Source: Spirillospora sp. NPDC127506 (GTDB lineage: Bacteria; Actinomycetota; Actinomycetes; Streptosporangiales; Streptosporangiaceae). From it: a stretch of DNA of 64,000 nt. Made by a program: the position numbers and the translations under genes. Of the stretch, positions 38,160-47,059 are shown piece by piece. A model generated the notes under the pieces. The model did no database searches and was not told the DNA's origin. It saw nothing but the letters and a program-made list of their open reading frames with translations. The stretch lies in the NCBI GenBank assembly GCA_040302145.1, contig JBEORG010000021.1. One strand, given 5' to 3'. Within the stretch, counting starts at the first letter, position 1, and each line of letters starts with the position of its first letter.

Positions 38160-38846
38160 TGCCGCCCCTCGGGGAGTGACGAGATGGCGGGCCGCCGCCG
38201 GGGTGCTGTGCGCCTGCCGGCACCTAGACCCAGGACACGCCCTTGGTCAGCATCAGCGACGACGCCGCGGCGCTCGGGCGCCCGCCGTGTCCTGCCGGCG
38301 ACACACGCTTGAGCATGGCTCCTTGCCTCCCCCCGCCGAACCGGGCCGTCCCGGCCTCGCGGCCGACCTCCGTCCGGGGCCGGGCGCGGGCCCGGCTTCC
38401 CGGGCGAGCACATACCCCGAATTGCATCGGCGCGCACGTGCTCCCGTCGCTGATTTCGGCACAAGCTTAACGCGAACTGCCCAGGTCACACAGGCGTGAG
38501 GGAAAAACTGAGCAAAGCGTGAACCGACCGTCACCATAGGTGATCAATTGCCCCGGCGAATGCACCCAACGTAAGCGCACAACCCGATTGCACAACAGAA
38601 TGCACGTGCATCGGCGAATGCACCGGCGACCCGCGCCGAATGCGCCGGCGGCCCCGCGCCTTTTCGCCTCGGCGACCCGCGGGGTACGACGTACCGTACC
38701 TCTCGGATCAAAAAGACTCACCCCAAGGAAATGGCTACAATACGACAAGCCCGTGTTTTGGGGTATGCAGCCGAATTCTGCCGGGCGTGCGCGCGTTCTG
38801 CCGCGCCCAGACGTGTTCAGGCGTGTTCTGCCGTGTCCAGGCGTGT

Positions 38847-39794
38847 TCAGCGGCGCCCTGCGGCCCGCGCGGGATCGCGCTCGCGCGCCCAGGCGACGGT
38901 CTCGGCGATCCCCTCGGCGAGGCCCACCTTCGGCTCCCAGCCGAGCACCTCCCGCGTCGCCCGCGGGTCGACGGCCATCGCGGGCAGGTCCCCCAGCCGG
39001 GGCGGCGCGAACTCCGGGTCGTCGGGCGCGCCCGCCGCCTCGGCGACCAGCGTGTGCAGGTCGCGGTCGGTCGTCTGCACGCCGGTGCCGACGTTGAAGC
39101 GGCGCCCGCCGCCCGCGTCCCCGGCCGCGCGGGCGAACGCGTCCACGACGTCCAGGACGTAGACGTAGTCGCGGGTCTGCGTGCCGTCGCCGTAGACCTT
39201 GGTCGGGCGGCCGGACAGCAGCGCGTCGGTGAAGATGGAGACGACGCCGGCCTCGCCCTCGGGGGTCTGCCGGGGCCCGTAGACGTTCGCCAGCGTCAGG
39301 GTCGTGAAGTCGATGCCGTGCAGCCGCCGGTACATGCCCGCGTAGACCTCGCCGGAGACCTTGGAGGCCGCGTACGGCGACGCGGGCCGCAGCTCGGCGT
39401 CGGCGGGGACGGGCAGCGCGTCCGGCACCCCGTACACCGCGCAGCTGGAGGTGAACACCACCTTCCGCCCGCCGGCCGCGCGCGCGGCCTCCAGCACGTT
39501 GGCGGTGCCCAGCACGTTGGTGCGGGCGTCGGCGAGCGGGTCGGAGACGCTGGCGCGGACGCTGACCTGCGCGGCGAGATGGCAGATCACCTCGGGCCGC
39601 CGCACCGCCGCCTTCTCCACCAGCGCCGGGTCGGCGACGTCCATCTCCCACAGCTCCACGCCGGGGCGGACGTTCGCGCCGGACGTCATGTCGTCCACGC
39701 CGATGACCTCGTGGCCGTCGGCGAGGAGCCGGTCGACGAGATGGGATCCGATGAATCCGGCCGCGCCGGTGACGAGTGCGAGCACCCGCAGCAC
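38847..39794 (-). CDS. NAD-dependent epimerase/dehydratase (UDP-glucose 4-epimerase-like SDR)
   Basis: VTGAAGFIGSHLVDRLL (Rossmann), YAASK (YxxxK), ~315 aa. Confidence 0.85.
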   Translation of the reverse strand: MLRVLALVTGAAGFIGSHLVDRLLADGHEVIGVDDMTSGANVRPGVELWEMDVADPALVEKAAVRRPEVICHLAAQVSVRASVSDPLADARTNVLGTANVLEAARAAGGRKVVFTSSCAVYGVPDALPVPADAELRPASPYAASKVSGEVYAGMYRRLHGIDFTTLTLANVYGPRQTPEGEAGVVSIFTDALLSGRPTKVYGDGTQTRDYVYVLDVVDAFARAAGDAGGGRRFNVGTGVQTTDRDLHTLVAEAAGAPDDPEFAPPRLGDLPAMAVDPRATREVLGWEPKVGLAEGIAETVAWARERDPARAAGRR

Positions 39795-39828
39795 GATACC
39801 GAAGGGGCGGCGGGCCGGAGCGGCGCCG

Positions 39829-39915
39829 CGGCCGCTCCCGGTCGGCCGCTCCCGGTCGGCCGCTCCCGGTCGGCCGCTCCCGGTCGGCCGCTCCCGGTCG
39901 GCCGCTCCCGGCCAG
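39829..39915. repeat. Tandem 15-bp repeat (ggccgctcccggtcg) x ~5.5 in the rsrA-epimerase intergenic region
   Basis: Read directly: gccgctcccggtcg repeated head-to-tail. In one frame it translates as (SRSAAPGRPLPVGR)n, but it lies between two well-defined genes. Confidence 0.8.
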
Positions 39916-39939
39916 GCGCTCGCGGCCGAGCGCCCGGGG

Positions 39940-40236
39940 TCAGGCGCTCTCGGTCTTCTCCGCGCCGCCCGTGGCCTTGATCTCGCCGCAGATCTCCTCG
40001 ATCCGGCCGAGCACCTTGGACCGCAGGTCGCTCGGCGCCTGCTCGCAGCCGCAGGACTTGTTCACGAGCTTCTTGACGGCCTCTTCGAGCCCGTACTCGC
40101 GCAGGCACGGCCCGCACTCGTCGAGGTGCTGCCGGACCTCGCTGCAGCCGCCCTGGTCGAGCTCGCCGTCGAGATAGGTGTAGACGCGGGCCAGGACCTC
40201 GTCGCACGGCGTTTCGTGGTGGTTGCCGCAGCTCAT
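39940..40236 (-). CDS. rsrA: Anti-sigma factor RsrA (ZAS family, redox-sensing)
   Basis: 98 aa. HxxxCxxC ZAS motif ([12 protein letters not shown]) plus additional Cys (CGC). ATGA-coupled to sigR. Confidence 0.85.
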   Translation of the reverse strand: MSCGNHHETPCDEVLARVYTYLDGELDQGGCSEVRQHLDECGPCLREYGLEEAVKKLVNKSCGCEQAPSDLRSKVLGRIEEICGEIKATGGAEKTESA

Positions 40237-40997
40237 GATGACCCCCTGCCGGCGCGGGTGAGCCCGCGGTCCTCAGCGTAGTCCTCCAGCATGCCGCGGA
40301 GCTGGCGCCGGCCGCGGTGCAGGCGGGACATCACCGTACCGATGGGCGTGCCCATGATCTCGGCGATCTCCTTGTAGGCGAAGCCCTCGACGTCGGCGAG
40401 GTACACGGCGATGCGGAACTCCTCGGGGAGGTCCTGCAGCGCCCGCTTCACGTCGCTGTCGGGCAGGTGCTCCAGCGCCTCGGCCTCCGCGGACTTCAGC
40501 CCGCTCGAGGTGTGCGACTCGGCGCGGTGGATCTGCCAGTCCTCGATGTCCTCGGTGGCGGCCTGCTGCGGCTGGCGCTGCTTCTTGCGGTAGGAGTTGA
40601 TGAACGTGTTGGTCAGGATGCGGTAGAGCCACGCCTTGAGGTTCGTGCCCTCCTTGAACTGGTGGAAGGACGCGAACGCCTTGGCGAAGGTCTCCTGGAC
40701 GAGGTCCTCGGCGTCGGCCGGGTTGCGCGTCATGCGCAGCGCGGCCGAGTACAGCTGGTCCAAGAACGGGAGCACGTCGCGCTGGAACCGCTCCTGGCGC
40801 TGCTCCACGGTCTCCGTGGTGCCCGGTACCTGACCCACCCCCTCGGCTGTGGCGCCCTTGGCCCCGACTGGGCCGGCGGCGTCGTACCCCACAGACGATA
40901 TCGGTCCGCGCGGCCTTCCGATGCGGACGGGTGCGCGTGCGTCGCCCCGGATCGCCGTCCCGGCTCTCCGCTGCCCATCGGCGACGGCTGTGGTCAT
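40233..40997 (-). CDS. sigR: ECF sigma factor SigR/SigH (thiol-oxidative stress); long ORF from ATG 40997 with probable shorter isoform start near 40838 (VGQVPGTTE...)
   Basis: [36 protein letters not shown]... (region 2) and a region 4 HTH ([15 protein letters not shown]). A GGAAT-N18-GTT promoter lies just upstream of the 40997 ATG. Confidence 0.85.
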   Translation of the reverse strand: MTTAVADGQRRAGTAIRGDARAPVRIGRPRGPISSVGYDAAGPVGAKGATAEGVGQVPGTTETVEQRQERFQRDVLPFLDQLYSAALRMTRNPADAEDLVQETFAKAFASFHQFKEGTNLKAWLYRILTNTFINSYRKKQRQPQQAATEDIEDWQIHRAESHTSSGLKSAEAEALEHLPDSDVKRALQDLPEEFRIAVYLADVEGFAYKEIAEIMGTPIGTVMSRLHRGRRQLRGMLEDYAEDRGLTRAGRGSS

Positions 40998-41034
40998 CGG
41001 CTTGCACCTCCGTGTTGCTCGCTGTGAGACGGTG

Positions 41035-41060
41035 CAACACCGGAACGGCCCCGCCGATTC
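41035..41060 (-). promoter_or_regulatory. SigR/SigH-type promoter (GGAAT-N18-GTT) upstream of sigR
   Basis: The reverse complement reads GGGAATcggcggggccgttccggtGTTgca. This is an exact match to the sigmaR consensus with an 18-nt spacer, ~40 nt upstream of the 40997 ATG. Confidence 0.7.
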
Positions 41061-41117
41061 CCGGAGCGGCCCGCCGGCGGGTCACTCAGGGTGATGACCG
41101 GCCCCGGACGGGGAAGG

Positions 41118-41951
41118 ATGTCACATACACGCGGAGAACAGGAGCAATCGGTGCACTCCGTGCCTTCGGCGCGACCTTCCGAGCCCACCATCGCCAGCCT
41201 GCGCGACGGCTCCGGAGCCGCGTCCGGGGAGTCCCTGGCGCGCTACTGGACGTTCTACCGGGCCGTGGCCGACGCGCAGCTGGCCCGCTGGCTGCCGCGC
41301 AGGCCGTCGCGGGTGCTGGACATCTCGGGCGGGCACGGGCGCAGCGCCGGCCACGCCGCCGCGGCCGGCCACGCGGTGCTGGAGGTGCGCGACCCCGACC
41401 GCGCCGGCCGCTCGGCCCGGGACGAGACCCGCCGCCCCGTGCGGGGCACGATCCCGCTGGTGGGCGACTCTGGAACGCTCTCCTACCTGGTCGACGCCTC
41501 GGTGGACGCCGTGGTCGCGGAGAACCGGGTGCTGTCCCGGCACCTGGCCACCGAGGCCACCATCGCCGAGATCGCCCGCGTGCTGCGCCCCGGCGGCCGC
41601 GTCCTGCTCTGCGTCGACTCCCTCACCCTCGGGATGGCGCTGCTCGCCGAGCGGAACTACTGGGCGCACCTGTCGGACGTGCCGAGCGCCGAGGTCGTCC
41701 TCGTCCCCTGGCCGGACGGGACGATCACGCGCTCGTTCTCGTCCCACCAGCTGCGCGAGCTGCTCGGCGACGCCGGCCTTGAGGTCGAGTGGATCAGGCC
41801 GCGCACCGTGCTGTCGCCCTCGACGGTCGAGCACGTGCTGGCCGAGTCGCCCCGCGCCCTGCCCCGCCTCGTCCGCACCGAGCTGAACGCCCCGCAGGGG
41901 GACGAGTCGCTGGGCGTCCACCTCCTGGCGAGCGCACGCCGCGCGGGCTAG
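41118..41951 (+). CDS. Putative SAM-dependent methyltransferase-like protein
   Basis: 277-286 aa. RVLDISGGHGRSAGHAA (motif I-like), RPGGRVLLCVD. The start is uncertain (ATG 41091/41118). Confidence 0.5.
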   Translation: MSHTRGEQEQSVHSVPSARPSEPTIASLRDGSGAASGESLARYWTFYRAVADAQLARWLPRRPSRVLDISGGHGRSAGHAAAAGHAVLEVRDPDRAGRSARDETRRPVRGTIPLVGDSGTLSYLVDASVDAVVAENRVLSRHLATEATIAEIARVLRPGGRVLLCVDSLTLGMALLAERNYWAHLSDVPSAEVVLVPWPDGTITRSFSSHQLRELLGDAGLEVEWIRPRTVLSPSTVEHVLAESPRALPRLVRTELNAPQGDESLGVHLLASARRAG

Positions 41952-42289
41952 CGCCTGCGGTCGCGGCGCGCCTGGCAGGTGATGCAGCGGGCGGCGTCGG
42001 GACGGGCCTCCAGGCGGCCCTCCGGGACCGCCTCACCGCAGTCGACGCACCGGCCGTAGGCGCCGGCGTCGATGCGCTCCAGGGCGGCGGCCACCCCGCC
42101 GCGATGGCGCTCCAGGGATTCCAGCGCCGCCTCCACGCGGTCGTGCGCGGTGAGGCCGGCGCCGGCGTCCGCCGCGGAATTGTCGTGCTCGGGCGTCTCG
42201 CCGCGGAGAATGGCGATGGACCGCTCCAGATCGGCGAGCATGACCTCAAGGCGGGAACGGGCGGCGGCGATGTCCACGATGGTGCGCAC
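41948..42289 (-). CDS. DksA/TraR-family C4-type zinc-finger protein
   Basis: 113 aa. CVDCGEAV...CITCQ, a four-Cys zinc finger after a coiled-coil region. Confidence 0.75.
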   Translation of the reverse strand: MRTIVDIAAARSRLEVMLADLERSIAILRGETPEHDNSAADAGAGLTAHDRVEAALESLERHRGGVAAALERIDAGAYGRCVDCGEAVPEGRLEARPDAARCITCQARRDRRR

Positions 42290-42312
42290 TCCCTCCCCCG
42301 AGGCGGCGGCGG

Positions 42313-43107
42313 TCAGAACAAACTGTCGGACGGATTACCCGGACTATCCCCAGAAATCAGCGGTTCTATGAGTTCGGGCCCGTTGTTTCGCACGCTGTTG
42401 ACCGCCTTTGACACCGGGTAGGCGTCCATTGTCCCGGCCATGGCGGGGACCAGGAGCCCGCGCACCCGCTCGGTGTCGGTGAGTTCCGGATCGAGCCAGG
42501 CGTCCCAGCGGTCCGGTTCGACGATCATCGGCATCCGGTCGTGGATGCGGCCGAGGTCGTCCGGCGCCTCGGTGGTGATGACGGTGCACGTCCACACCCA
42601 CTCGTCCTCCGGCGACTTCCACAACTCGTACAGCCCGGCCATCGCCATGACGGAGCCGTCGTTCGGGCGGATGAAATAGGGCTGCTTCTGCGGCTTCTTC
42701 TTGGCCTTCTTCTCGCCTTCGGCCGGGTCCGGCGCGTCGCCCTGGTTCTGGAGCGTGTACCACTCGAAATAGCCGTCGGCCGGCAGCAGGCAGCGGCGGC
42801 GGGCGAACGCCCGCCGGTAGGACGGCTTCTCGTGCACGGTCTCGAACCGGGCGTTGATCATGCGCGACCCGATGGACAGGTCCTTGGCCCAGGAGGGGAC
42901 GAGCCCCCAGCGCACCGTCCGCAGCTGCCGGACGGCGGGCTCCTCCTCCGGGGCGTCCTTCGGGCGCCGGTTCAGGACGACCGGAACCTGCTTCGTCGGG
43001 GCGACGTTGTAGTCAGGCTGGAGATCCCCGTCGACGGCGTCGAGCTGCACCTGGAACTCGTCCAGCAGCTCCTGACGCGCGCGGGTGGTGGCATAGCGTC
43101 CGCACAT
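42313..43107 (-). CDS. SOS-response-associated peptidase (SRAP/YedK/HMCES family), abasic-site processing protein
   Basis: Begins MCGRY (catalytic Cys2) and has conserved WGLVPSW and H...FEW motifs. The ATG is at 43107 within the longer ORF. Confidence 0.85.
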   Translation of the reverse strand: MCGRYATTRARQELLDEFQVQLDAVDGDLQPDYNVAPTKQVPVVLNRRPKDAPEEEPAVRQLRTVRWGLVPSWAKDLSIGSRMINARFETVHEKPSYRRAFARRRCLLPADGYFEWYTLQNQGDAPDPAEGEKKAKKKPQKQPYFIRPNDGSVMAMAGLYELWKSPEDEWVWTCTVITTEAPDDLGRIHDRMPMIVEPDRWDAWLDPELTDTERVRGLLVPAMAGTMDAYPVSKAVNSVRNNGPELIEPLISGDSPGNPSDSLF

Positions 43108-43183
43108 GCGTCCCATGACACCACGAGCCTGGGACACCGGCCGGTCGCGCTTGAGGTGCGGCGCGCTGGGCATGGAGAGGGTC

Positions 43184-44227
43184 ATGCGACCCTTCACGAC
43201 CCTGGCCCGCCCCCTCGTGGCGGCGCCCTACATCATGACCGGCCTGGACGCCATCCGCGATCCGCGGGAGCGCGCCGAGCAGGTCGGCCCGGCCGTCAAG
43301 CCGGTCGCCGACCGGCTCGACTGGATGCCGAAGGACCCGGAGACCCTCGTCCGCATCGAGGGCGCGCTGAGCCTCGGCACGGGCGCGCTGCTGCTGACCG
43401 GCAAGCTCCGCCGGCTGACGACGCTGATGCTCGCCGTGGAGCTGATCCCCGCGCTGGCGACCGAGCACCGCTACTGGACCGAGAGCGACCCCGAGCGCCG
43501 CGCCGATGAGCGCTCCCACCTGCTGAAGAACGCCGCGCTGTTCGGCGCGCTGCTGATGTCGGCGACCGAGCCGCGCCGCCCGCCCCGCACGGCGGAGCTG
43601 CGGCGCGCGATGCGCGAGTCGCAGATCAGGACCGGCGCCGAGGCCAAGGCGATGCGCAGGGAGGCGGCCGCCACGCTGCGGGACGCCCGCCGGGAGGCCG
43701 CGCGGCAGATCCGGATCGCCCGCGCGGAGGGCGGGCGCAAGGCCGCCCAGAAGGCCGCGAAGGCGGCCAGGGCGAAGCCGGCCGCCAAGCGGGGCGGCGG
43801 CCTGTTCAAGGCGGGCAAGGCCGGCGGCGGGCTCTTCAAGGCCGGAAAGGCCGGCAAGGGCGGGCTGTTCAAAGCCGGAAAGGCGGGCAAGGGCGGCCTG
43901 TTCAAGAGCGCCAAGGCGGGCGGCGTGCTGGGCAAGGCCGGTGCCGCGGGCACGTTCAAGGCGGGCAAGGCGACCGGCGCGCTGAAGGGCCGCCTCGGGT
44001 CCCGCGGCCGGTCCAGGGGCGGCCTGTTCTCCCAGGGCGGCAACCCGGACATCCGCGAGATGGCGGCGCTCCGCGCCGGGCGGGCCGCGAAGGCCGGCAA
44101 GGCCGCGGGCAAGACCGTGAAGGCGGGGACGGCCACCCAGGCGGCGAAGGCGGTGAAGGCCGGCCGGACCGTGAAGGCGGGCACGGCGGCCCAGGCGGGG
44201 AAGGTCAGGGAGGCGGTCAAGCGCTGA
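43184..44227 (+). CDS. DoxX-family membrane protein fused to a Lys/Gly/Ala-rich repetitive C-terminal tail
   Basis: The N-terminal ~150 aa are DoxX-like 4-TM. The C-terminus has (GGLFKAGKAGK)x4 and many AGKA/KAGT repeats, histone-H1/HU-tail-like. Confidence 0.6.
   Translation: MRPFTTLARPLVAAPYIMTGLDAIRDPRERAEQVGPAVKPVADRLDWMPKDPETLVRIEGALSLGTGALLLTGKLRRLTTLMLAVELIPALATEHRYWTESDPERRADERSHLLKNAALFGALLMSATEPRRPPRTAELRRAMRESQIRTGAEAKAMRREAAATLRDARREAARQIRIARAEGGRKAAQKAAKAARAKPAAKRGGGLFKAGKAGGGLFKAGKAGKGGLFKAGKAGKGGLFKSAKAGGVLGKAGAAGTFKAGKATGALKGRLGSRGRSRGGLFSQGGNPDIREMAALRAGRAAKAGKAAGKTVKAGTATQAAKAVKAGRTVKAGTAAQAGKVREAVKR
43790..43925 (+). repeat. 33-bp tandem repeat x4 (encoding GGLFKAGKAGK) inside the DoxX-tail gene
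   Basis: ggcctgttcaaggcgggcaaggccggcggc... repeated with minor variation. Confidence 0.75.
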
Positions 44228-44391
44228 CTTCCCGAAGAAAACCTTAAAAGAGCCTCAAGGCCGTTGAACCGCGGAGCGGCGCGGTCCCGTACTGCCAGGT
44301 GACCGCATACCGTCCTCCAGCCCCGCCCGCGACCGACCAGTCGGCGAGCCCCGCTCGGCGACCGCCCCACCTCAACGGAGACGCCCCGGCC

Positions 44392-44985
44392 ATGGCCCTT
44401 CCCGGATCGACCGGTCGCCCGACCGGCGGGCTGCGGAGCCTGCTCCGCCGCCCCGGCACGGCGCGGCCGCCATCGGCCGCGAGCGACGAGGAGATCGTCG
44501 CGGAGCTGTACCGCGAGTACCATCGGCCCCTCCTCGCGTTCGTGCTCCGGCTCACCGGCGGTGACCGCCAGTGGGCCGAGGACGTGGTGCAGGAGACCAT
44601 GATCAGGGCGTGGCGCAGCGCGGACCGGCTGGACGACCGGACGTCCTCGCTGATGCCGTGGCTGGCCACGGTCTCCCGGCGTATCGTGATCGACAACCGG
44701 CGGCAGCGCGAGGTCAGGCCGCCGGAGGTCGGCGACGGCCCCCTGGAGAACCTCCCGATGGCGGACGAGATGGACGGCCTGCTGCGCAAGGTCGTGGTGA
44801 CGGAGGCGCTGGAGTCCCTCTCCCCCGCGCATCGGCAGGCGCTGACGGAGACGGTGCTGCGCGACCGTACGGTGAACCAGGCCGCCGAGTACCTCGGCAT
44901 CCCGGTCGGGACGGTCAAGTCCCGCGTGTACTACGCGCTGCGCGCCCTGCGCGTCGCCTTGGAGGAGAGGGGGGTGACCTCATGA
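44392..44985 (+). CDS. ECF (sigma-70 family) RNA polymerase sigma factor
   Basis: Region 2 (EELYREYHRPLLAFVLRLTG...AEDVVQETMIRAW) and region 4 (VNQAAEYLGIPVGTVKSRVYYALRAL). Confidence 0.8.
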   Translation: MALPGSTGRPTGGLRSLLRRPGTARPPSAASDEEIVAELYREYHRPLLAFVLRLTGGDRQWAEDVVQETMIRAWRSADRLDDRTSSLMPWLATVSRRIVIDNRRQREVRPPEVGDGPLENLPMADEMDGLLRKVVVTEALESLSPAHRQALTETVLRDRTVNQAAEYLGIPVGTVKSRVYYALRALRVALEERGVTS

Positions 44986-45704
44986 GCTCCCAGATCGAGC
45001 ACACCGACGTCGGCGCCTACGCCCTGGGCCTTCTCGAAGACGCCGACCGGCGGGCGTTCGAGGCGCATCTGCACGGGTGCGGCCGCTGCCAGGCCGAGCT
45101 GGGCGAGCTGTCCGGGGCGGCCGGCGCCCTCTTCGAGCTGGCGCCCGGCGCGGCCGAGCCCGGCGCGGAGGCGGCCGCCGAGGAGGACGAGCCGTCCACA
45201 CCCCCGGCGCCGGTGATCGACATGATGCGCCGGCGGCGGAGGGCGGACCGGCGCTTTCGCCGCGGCGCGTACGCGGTGGGCACCGCCGCCGCGGCGGTGG
45301 CCCTCGGCGCGGGCATCGCGGTGGGGGCGGCGCTGGGCGACGAGGGCGCCGGCCAGAAGCAGCCGCCCGCGGCGCAGTCGGTCATGGGCGAGCAGTTCAG
45401 CGCGAAGGACGCGGGCACGGGCGTGTCCGGGACGGTCGGCCTGGTCGACAAGGGCTGGGGCACGCAGGTGAGCCTGGAGCTGCGCGGCGTCAAGGGGCCG
45501 CTGCGGTGCCACCTGGAGGCCGTGTCGAAGGCGGGCGAACGCAGCGTCGTCGCCGGCTGGCGCGTCCCCGACGAGGGCTACGGCGTGCCCGGGCAGCCGA
45601 AGCCGCTGGTCATGCAGGGCGGGACGGGCCTCGACCGGCAGCAGATCGAGAGCTTCGCGGTCAGGCTCGACACCGGCGGGACGCTCCTCACCATCCCCCT
45701 CTGA
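44982..45704 (+). CDS. Anti-sigma factor (ZAS/RskA-like) with C-terminal extracytoplasmic domain
   Basis: ATGA-coupled to the sigma gene. HLHGCGRCQAEL zinc motif, then a TM segment (AYAVGTAAAAVALGAGIAVGAAL) and an anti-sigma-K-like C-terminal domain. Confidence 0.75.
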   Translation: MSSQIEHTDVGAYALGLLEDADRRAFEAHLHGCGRCQAELGELSGAAGALFELAPGAAEPGAEAAAEEDEPSTPPAPVIDMMRRRRRADRRFRRGAYAVGTAAAAVALGAGIAVGAALGDEGAGQKQPPAAQSVMGEQFSAKDAGTGVSGTVGLVDKGWGTQVSLELRGVKGPLRCHLEAVSKAGERSVVAGWRVPDEGYGVPGQPKPLVMQGGTGLDRQQIESFAVRLDTGGTLLTIPL

Positions 45705-45730
45705 TCCGGCCGGCCCGATAACCTTGGGGC

Positions 45731-47002
45731 ATGCCCTCTCCGCATTGGTCCGCCCCGGTCGCGCACGCCCCGGTGGACGCCACGGTGCCGCTGCCCGGTT
45801 CGAAGTCGATGACCAACCGGGCGCTCGTGCTGGCCGCGCTCGCCGCCGCGCCGGGCCGGGTGGTCCGGCCGCTGCGCAGCCGCGACACCGACCTGATGGC
45901 CGCCGCGCTCCGCGCGCTCGGCACGGGGATCGCCGAGGACGGCGGGGACTGGCGGATCGTCCCGGGTGAGCTGCGCGGCCCGGCGGACGTCGACACGGGC
46001 CTGGCCGGGACGGTGATGCGGTTCCTGCCGCCGGTCGCGGCGCTCGCGTCCGGCGAGGTGTCGGTGGACGGCGACCCCCGCGCGCGGGAGCGGCCCATGG
46101 GCCCGCTCATCACCGCCCTGCGGGCGCTCGGGGCCGTCGTCGACGACGGCGGGCGGGGCGCGCTCCCGTTCACCGTCCGGGGCGCGGGCTCGGTGGACGG
46201 CGGCGGGGTCGTGATCGACGCGTCCGGGTCGTCCCAGCTGGTGTCGGGGCTGCTGCTGGCCGCGCCGCGCTTCGAGAAGGGCGTCGAGGTCCGGCACGAG
46301 GGGCCGCCGGTGCCGTCGGCGGCGCATCTGGCGATGACCGTCGGGATGCTCCGCGAGGCGGGCGCGGTCGTCGAGACGGAGGAGAACCTCTGGCGCGTCG
46401 CCCCCGGCCCGCTGCGGGGCCGCGACTGGGTGATCGAGCCGGACCTGTCGAACGCGGCGCAGTTCCTCGGCGCCGCGCTCGTCACCGGCGGCCGGGTGAC
46501 CGTGCCGGGCTGGCCGGCGGAGACGACCCAGCCGGGCGACGCGCTGCGCGGCCTCCTCACCGCGATGGGCGCCGAGGCGTCCCGCGGTCCGGACGGGCTG
46601 ACGGTGCGCGGCCGGGGCGGGTTCTCCGGCCTGGACGCCGACCTGCACGAGGTCGGCGAGCTGACCCCGGTGCTCGCGGCCCTCTGCGCGCTCGCGGACT
46701 CCCCGTCCAGGCTGACCGGCATCGCGCACCTGCGCGGCCACGAGACCGACCGGCTCGCCGCGCTGGCCGCGGAGATCAACGGGCTCGGCGGCGACGTCAC
46801 CGAGCTGCCGGACGGGCTGGAGATCCGCCCGCGCCCGCTGCGCGGCGGCGTCTTCCGCACCTACGACGACCACCGGATGGTGATGGCGGCGGCGGTGCTG
46901 GGCCTGGCCGTTCCCGGCATCGATGTGGAGAATCCGGGCACCGTGGGCAAGACTCTTCCGAACTTCACTCGGCAGTGGGCGTCGATGCTGGCGCCCGCCT
47001 GA
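45731..47002 (+). CDS. aroA: 3-phosphoshikimate 1-carboxyvinyltransferase (EPSP synthase)
   Basis: [18 protein letters not shown], ...GTVMRFL..., [19 protein letters not shown] are canonical EPSPS motifs. Confidence 0.9.
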   Translation: MPSPHWSAPVAHAPVDATVPLPGSKSMTNRALVLAALAAAPGRVVRPLRSRDTDLMAAALRALGTGIAEDGGDWRIVPGELRGPADVDTGLAGTVMRFLPPVAALASGEVSVDGDPRARERPMGPLITALRALGAVVDDGGRGALPFTVRGAGSVDGGGVVIDASGSSQLVSGLLLAAPRFEKGVEVRHEGPPVPSAAHLAMTVGMLREAGAVVETEENLWRVAPGPLRGRDWVIEPDLSNAAQFLGAALVTGGRVTVPGWPAETTQPGDALRGLLTAMGAEASRGPDGLTVRGRGGFSGLDADLHEVGELTPVLAALCALADSPSRLTGIAHLRGHETDRLAALAAEINGLGGDVTELPDGLEIRPRPLRGGVFRTYDDHRMVMAAAVLGLAVPGIDVENPGTVGKTLPNFTRQWASMLAPA

Positions 47003-47059
47003 CGGCAGGGGCGGACACTGGCTCGACGAGTACACGACTACGACGAGGACGACGTCCGG

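Noticed and set aside
38467-39980. ORFs 38467..39651 (-), 38640..39980 (+) and 39361..40281 (+) around the epimerase and repeat region
   Set aside because: They overlap the well-supported epimerase and rsrA genes in other frames. The plus-strand versions translate the 15-bp tandem repeat as (SRSAAPGRPLPVGR)n, which is a repeat artefact rather than a protein.
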